Assembly (NCBI RefSeq): GCF_004010195.1
Contig: NC_057752.1
Location: forward strand, 2,605,412 to 2,643,325
Direction of reading: 5' to 3'
DNA from: Chiloscyllium plagiosum
Taxonomy: Eukaryota
DNA: 37,914 nucleotides
Shown here piece after piece: positions 32,218-37,914 of this stretch. The notes under the pieces were generated by a model. It was not told the DNA's origin, made no database searches, and worked only from the letters and a program-made list of their open reading frames with translations. Position 1 is the stretch's first letter. Each line of letters begins with the position of its first letter. Made by a program: the position numbers and the translations under genes.

Positions 32218-32675
32218 ACTGGTGGCATTGTGGTAATCTCAGTGCATTAATAATCCAGAACCCCAAACTAACTTTCTGGGGTGAAAATGTGTTGCTGGAA
32301 AAGCGCAGCAGGTCAGGCAGCATCCAAGGAACAGGAGAATCGACGTTTTGGGCATAAGCCCTTCTTCAGGAACTTTCTGGGATTCCTCCTTTCTGGGGAC
32401 CTGGGTTCGAATCCCACCATGGCAGATGGTGGGATCTGAATTCAATAAAATTCTGGAATAAGAAGCTAGTCTAAAAGTGACATTTTCAATTGTTGTAAAA
32501 CCCTATCTGATTCATTACTGTCTTTTGCGGAAGAAAATCTTACCTGGCCTGGTCTATGTGTGACTCCAAATCCACAGAATGGGATTGACTTTGAACTGCC
32601 CTCCAGGCAACTGGGATGAGTAATGAATGTAGGGTGCAGACACCAATGGGCCATTCTGTGAAAGAATTAAACAAA
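32218..32675 (+). mobile_element. Family A tRNA-SINE split by a pLTR
   Basis: Head ggtggcattgtggtaat...; B box GGTTCGAATCC at 32404 after the insert. Confidence 0.8.
32281..32370 (-). mobile_element. Solo Penelope-like pLTR with hammerhead (one core substitution)
   Basis: Flanked by AACTTTCTGGG at 32270-32280 and 32371-32381. Confidence 0.88.
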
Positions 32676-33544
32676 AGACTTTGTGACGACAGTTATGCAG
32701 AGTTTGCTTTTCAAATCACCTCATCGCGTCAAGAAAGTTGCTGGCTCAAAGCAGGACTGAGGGAGTGCTGTGTTGCCAGGAGCATGGCCTTTCAGATTAC
32801 CTTTTCAAGGCGTGGGAACGCTCCCCCAGTACCCCTGTGTTCCCCTCCCCCAACATGAGGTCTGTGAACTCTTCCCCTCTACCTTTCCCCCCCCAATCTC
32901 CTGGTGTAAGGCCTGTGAACATTCCCCCTATTCAATTCCACATTACCATCACAAGAGATGGGATGGTGAAAACGGTAATCGTTGTATATTGACTGATCTA
33001 TCTTCTTCTGCACTTAAAATAGCCTGACCGATTAAGGTCACGTCAGGCGGGCTGCTATGGTGTGGAATAGTAATGGGTCCGCATTCAGGTAAGCAAGTTC
33101 TCAGATAAAAGCAAAATAAACACACAGTGCAGCCTGCTTATTATCAAACCGGTTTGTGCTTGAATCCTGAAGATTGTAATAAAACACTATCCAGCATTCA
33201 GTGTCTGTCACCACACCCCTGATACATGCGATAACATTAGCTCTGTCCACCTACCTGTTGGAGCTGATGTAGCCACGAAAACCTGGCTCTCCTCCTCCTA
33301 TCTTACCCCAAGTCAGGTGGATTTGCAAAGCAGGCCCAGTTTCTTCTTCAGATCTGCCACAGACTGCCTCCTTTGCCTGCCCACTGCCTATAAATGCCAG
33401 CAGCTGAGAGTCTATAGGGCCTAGCTCCCGAACCTGTATCCATCCTGGAGGTAGGTACTAATGTATGCCTGACCTAGCAGAGCTCACTGCTCCGATCCAA
33501 TGCTTTTTGAAAGACCTCACTTTGGGTTTAAACCTTCTGAATAT

Positions 33545-34255
33545 AATGTGAGAAATGTGAGTTTGTGCACTTTGGCAGGAATAATAGAGATGCTGAATAT
33601 TATTTAAATGGAGAAAGAGTTCTGAGAAATTTGGGAATCACAAAAGTTAGCATGCAAATTCAGTGGGTAATAAGGAAGGCAAATGGAATGTTGGCCTTTT
33701 AAACAAAGGGAATGGAGTTTAAATGTAGTAGGGTTTGCTAAAACTATACAACGCACTAGGAAGATCTCAGCTGGAATACTGTGAACAGTTTTGGGTTACT
33801 TACCTGAGGAATGATATCGTGGCATTGAACGCCATCCAGAGAAGGTTCACTTGGCTGACCCTGGATATGGAGGGACTGTCTTATGAGAGATTGAGTAGGT
33901 TGAGCCTGTACTCATTGGAATTTGGAAGAATGAGAGGAGACTAGGTTGAAACATACAAGACTTTTAGAGAACTTAATGAGGTAGATGTGGAAAGGTTGTT
34001 TTCCCTTGTAGGAAAGTCTAGAATATGAGGGCATCAGCTCAGAATAAGGATTGTCCATTTAAGACAGTGAGGAGGAATTTCTTCTCTCTAAGGGTAATGA
34101 ATCTGTGGAATTTTTTTTACCAGAGGGCTGTTGAGGCTGGGCCGTGAAGTATATTCAAGATTGAGATAGGGAATATCAGGAAGGGAATCGAAGGCTATCG
34201 GGGAAAAAGCAGTAGAGTGGAGTTGAGGATGATCAGACCAGCCATGATCTCATTT
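33545..34255 (+). mobile_element. Older CR1 3' fragment; its last bases resume at about 35680-35737
   Basis: LKLYNALGRSQLEYCEQFWVTYLRNDIVALNAIQRRFT...; the tail breaks at gccatgatctcatt. Confidence 0.88.
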
Positions 34256-34528
34256 AGACAATCGACAATAGACAATAGGTGCAGGAGTAGGCCATTCTGC
34301 CCTTCGAGCCTGCACCACCATTCAATATGATCATGGCTGATCATCCTTAATCAGTATCCTCTTCCTGCCTTATCTCCATAACCCTTGATTCCACTATCCT
34401 TGAGAGCTCTATCCAACTCCTTCTTAAATGAATCCAGAGACTGGGCCTCCACTGCCCTCTAGGGCAGAGCATTCCACACAGCCACCACTCTCTGGGTGAA
34501 GAAGTTTCTCCTCATCTCTGTCCTAAAT

Positions 34529-34675
34529 GAGGTAAAAACAATGACTGCAGATGCTGGAAACCAGATTCTGGATCAATGGTGCTGGAAGAGCACAGCAGTT
34601 CAGGCAGCATCGAGGAGCTTCAGCAAAATCGACGTTTCGGGCAAAAGCCCTTCATCAGGAATAAAGGCAGAGAGC
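34529..34675 (-). mobile_element. Penelope-like pLTR (distinct subfamily) with intact hammerhead (34631-34658)
   Basis: rc attcCTGATGAAGGGCttttGCCCGAAACGTCgatt. Confidence 0.88.
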
Positions 34676-35137
34676 NNNNNNNNNNNNNNNNNNNNNNNNN
34701 NNNNNNNNNNNNNNNNNNNNNNNNNNNNNNNNNNNNNNNNNNNNNNNNNNNNNNNNNNNNNNNNNNNNNNNNNNNNNNNNNNNNNNNNNNNNNNNNNNNN
34801 NNNNNNNNNNNNNNNNNNNNNNNNNNNNNNNNNNNNNNNNNNNNNNNNNNNNNNNNNNNNNNNNNNNNNNNNNNNNNNNNNNNNNNNNNNNNNNNNNNNN
34901 NNNNNNNNNNNNNNNNNNNNNNNNNNNNNNNNNNNNNNNNNNNNNNNNNNNNNNNNNNNNNNNNNNNNNNNNNNNNNNNNNNNNNNNNNNNNNNNNNNNN
35001 NNNNNNNNNNNNNNNNNNNNNNNNNNNNNNNNNNNNNNNNNNNNNNNNNNNNNNNNNNNNNNNNNNNNNNNNNNNNNNNNNNNNNNNNNNNNNNNNNNNN
35101 NNNNNNNNNNNNNNNNNNNNNNNNNNNNNNNNNNNNN
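34676..35137. other. Assembly gap
   Basis: N run. Confidence 1.
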
Positions 35138-36109
35138 CTTTGTTTCCTATCAGTCAACCAACTTTCAATCCAAGTTAGTACTTTTCCCCCACTACCATGC
35201 GCCCTAATTTTGCTCACTAACCTCCTATGTGGGATTTTATCAAAAGCTTTCTGAAAGTCCAGGTACACTACATCTACTGGATCTCCCTTGTCCATCTTCA
35301 GAGTTACATCCTCAAAAAATTCCAGAAGATTAGTCAAGCATGATTTCCCCTTCATAAATCCATCTCACTCTGACCTATCCTGTTACTACTATCCAGATGT
35401 GTCATAATTTCATCCTTTATAATAGACTCCAGCATCTTTCCCACCACTGAAGTCAGACTAACTGGTCTATAATTTCCTGCTTTCTCTCTCCCACCTTTCT
35501 TAAAAAGTGGTACAACATTAACCACCCTCCAATCCGCAGGAACTGCTCCCGAATCTATCGAACTCTGGAAAATAATCACCAACGCATCCACGATTTCTGA
35601 GCCACCTCCTTCAGTACTCTGGGATGTAGACCATCAGGCCCTGGGGATTTATCAACCTTCAGACCTAACAGTCTCCCTAATAGTAGAGAAGATTCAATGG
35701 GCTGAATAGCCTACTTCTACTCTTAAATATTATGGTATGTGGTCAGCAGATGCCTTTTAATGTTTCTTTCCATCTCATCTAGCAAAGCAGAAGCAGTACC
35801 TTTTTTTTTCATTTTAGTGGGGGTCAATGCCCACATACTGGCTGGGACCGCACCACAAAAGCTTAATACCTCTGACCCAGAAAATTGAGTTGGGTTTGTG
35901 GTAGACTAGGGGGGAAATCCCATTGGGGTGAATATAGGGAAATTCAGGCCTAAATATCATCTGAGAACTAATTAAAGCAAGCACACGAGGGCCTAGTTTG
36001 CATGTGGCCAACATTGACTGTCAGTTCCTCAAACACTGGAAGAGAAGGAAATGGAGATCTATATAACAGCTTAACATGTCTTTGAAGCATCTGAAAGTGC
36101 AGCCATAAT

Positions 36110-36920
36110 TTGTGGGGGTACACTTACTGCTGAAGTGCAAGGTTCAAAGTTCAAGTCCTGCTTTGGGCCTTGCCAGAAGGCCTGATTTCAAGTCCCACCT
36201 GCTCCAGAGATGTGGTATAACATCTCTGTACCAGTTTAAAAAAAAAACTGCTCCATTTGAGGGAGTGCTGCATAGTCTTCCCAATGTGATGTTAAGCTAT
36301 GGTCCCATCTGCTTCCTCAGCTGGCTACAAAGCTCCAATGGGACTATTATCAAACAGTACCTGCACGGTGGAAAATATTTATCATTTATTCAGCATCACG
36401 AAAACAGATTGTAGCTTGTGGGAGCTTGCTGTGAATAAATTGTTTGTTGCCTTTCATGCATTTAAACAATGAATACACTTCAAAAGGGATCAATTGACTT
36501 TTTTACTGTGGGATATGAGTGTTGCTGGCAAGGCTGGCTTTTTTTGCCCATCCCTAAATGCCCATGAACTGACTGGCTTGCTCGGCTGTCTCAGAGGGCC
36601 ACTAAGAGTGTGCCACATTGCTGTGGGTATGGAGTCAAAAGTAGGCCAAACCAGGTTAGGATGGCACTTTCCTTCCCTAAAGAATATTAGTAAAATAGAT
36701 GGGTTTTTACAGCAATCAATGATTCATTTTTCAGTCACCATCACTGAATCTAGCTTTCAACTCCAGATTTATTAATTGAATTTAAATTCCACTAGTAGGC
36801 ATGTTGGAATTTGATCACCAATCCAGTGACATCATCAATAAGCTCCCCCTCATCTTGAAAAGTGCTTTGGAGTATTTGGTGGTCAAGAAAGATGCTTTAT
36901 AAATGAAAGTCTTTCTCTTC
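36110..36920 (+). mobile_element. Deu-domain SINE-like element interrupted by a family A SINE
   Basis: ggttcaaagttcaagtcc head, gagggagtgctgcat core, ttgtgggagcttgctgtg...acacttcaaaag, tail aaagtgctttgg...gatgctttataaatgaaagtcttt. Confidence 0.55.
36497..36832 (-). mobile_element. Family A tRNA-SINE
   Basis: rc of the family A body and tail. Confidence 0.82.
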
Positions 36921-36991
36921 CTGAAGGCAGTCAGAATGCACCCAGTTTTCTTTCTTGCCCTCAACAAAGAGGGGGGGTCAAAGCTTTGAGT

Positions 36992-37914
36992 TAGAACATA
37001 GAACATTACAGCGCAGTACAGGCCCATCGGCCCTCGATGCTGCGCCGACCTGTCATATCAATCTGAAGCCCTTCTAACCTACACTATTCCAAGTGCGTCC
37101 ATATGCTTGTCCAATAACGACTTAAATGTACTTAAAGTTGGTGAATCTACCAACGTTGCAGGCAAAGCATTCCATACCGTTACTACTCTGAGTGAAGAAA
37201 CTACCTCTGACATCTGTCCTATATCTATCGCCCCTCAATTTAAAGCTATGTCTCCTCGTGCTCGCCGTCACCATTCTTGAAAAAAGGCTCTCCCTGTCCA
37301 CCCTATCTAGCCCTCTGATTATCTTATATGTCTCTATTAAGTCACCTCTCAAACTTCTTCTCTCTAACAAAAACAGCCTAAAGTCCCTCAGCCTTTCCTC
37401 GTAAGACCTTCCCTCCATACCAGGCAACATCCTAGTAAATCTCCTCTGCACCCTTTCCAAAGCTTCCACATCCTTCTTATAATGCGATGACCAGAACTGT
37501 ACACAATACTCCAAGTGCAGCCGCACTAGAGTTTTGTACAGCTGCAGTATAACCTCATGGTTCTGGAACTCGATCTCTCTATTAATAAAAGCTAAAACAC
37601 TGTATGCCTTCTTAACAACCCTGTCAACCTGGGTGGCAACTTTCAAGGATCTGTGTACCTGGACACCGAGATCTCTCTGCTCATCTACACTACCAAGAAT
37701 TTTACCATTAGCCCAGTACTTTGTTACTCCAACCAAAGTGAATCACCTCACACTTGGCCGCATTAAACTCCATTTGCCACCTCTCAGCCCAGCTCTGCAG
37801 CTTATCTATGTCTCTCTGTAACCTACAACATCCTTCGTCACTATCCGCAACTCCACCGACCTTAGTGTCGTCTGCAAATTTACTAACCCACCCTTCTATG
37901 CCCTCATCCAGGTC
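36992..37914 (-). mobile_element. Relatively young CR1 LINE, 3' portion of ORF2 and 3'UTR (continues past the window)
   Basis: ORF 37122-37736 EQRDLGVQVH...LYKTLVRLHLEYCVQFWS...[20 protein letters not shown] motif near 37860-37880; (tagaaca)n tail. Confidence 0.95.

Larger units (their letters stand above)
34256..35677 (-). mobile_element. Younger CR1 (RT domain to 3' end) spanning a pLTR and the gap
   Basis: VPADWRVVNVVPLFKKG...NYRPVSLTSVVGKMLE and KSCLTNLLEFFE...VYLDFQKAFDKIPH; frameshift near 35355-35365; (tagacaa)n tail at 34255-34277. Joining across the gap is inferred. Confidence 0.85.

Noticed and set aside
28756..35254. Long ORFs containing X runs
   Set aside because: Artefacts of translating N gaps.
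37122..37736. 204-aa ORF as a host gene
   Set aside because: It is the CR1 ORF2 C-terminus with frameshifts at both ends.

Overview
Vertebrate genomic DNA dominated by repeats. The repeat families (HE1/V-SINE-like, Deu-domain SINE-like, CR1/HER1-like LINEs, Penelope-like elements) point to a cartilaginous fish, probably a shark; this is an inference. The window reads as intronic or intergenic. It holds about 20 truncated CR1 fragments on both strands, L2-like remnants, four SINE families, one probable solo LTR and two assembly gaps (28774-29292, 34676-35137). Nearly all ORFs in the track are TE remnants or chance. The strongest signal is a dispersed set of Penelope-like terminal repeats carrying a minimal hammerhead ribozyme (CTGA[T/A]GA-AGGGC-NNNN-GCCC-GAAACGTC), about 11 copies. 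Several are short solo insertions with 9-15 bp target-site duplications (TSDs), and one at 26901-27185 is a perfect 94-bp inverted repeat holding three ribozyme cores. One candidate host first coding exon (1642-1883) and a few enhancer-like unique segments (GATA cluster, perfect DR1) are also present. Repeat boundaries were placed by eye and are approximate unless exact motifs are quoted.
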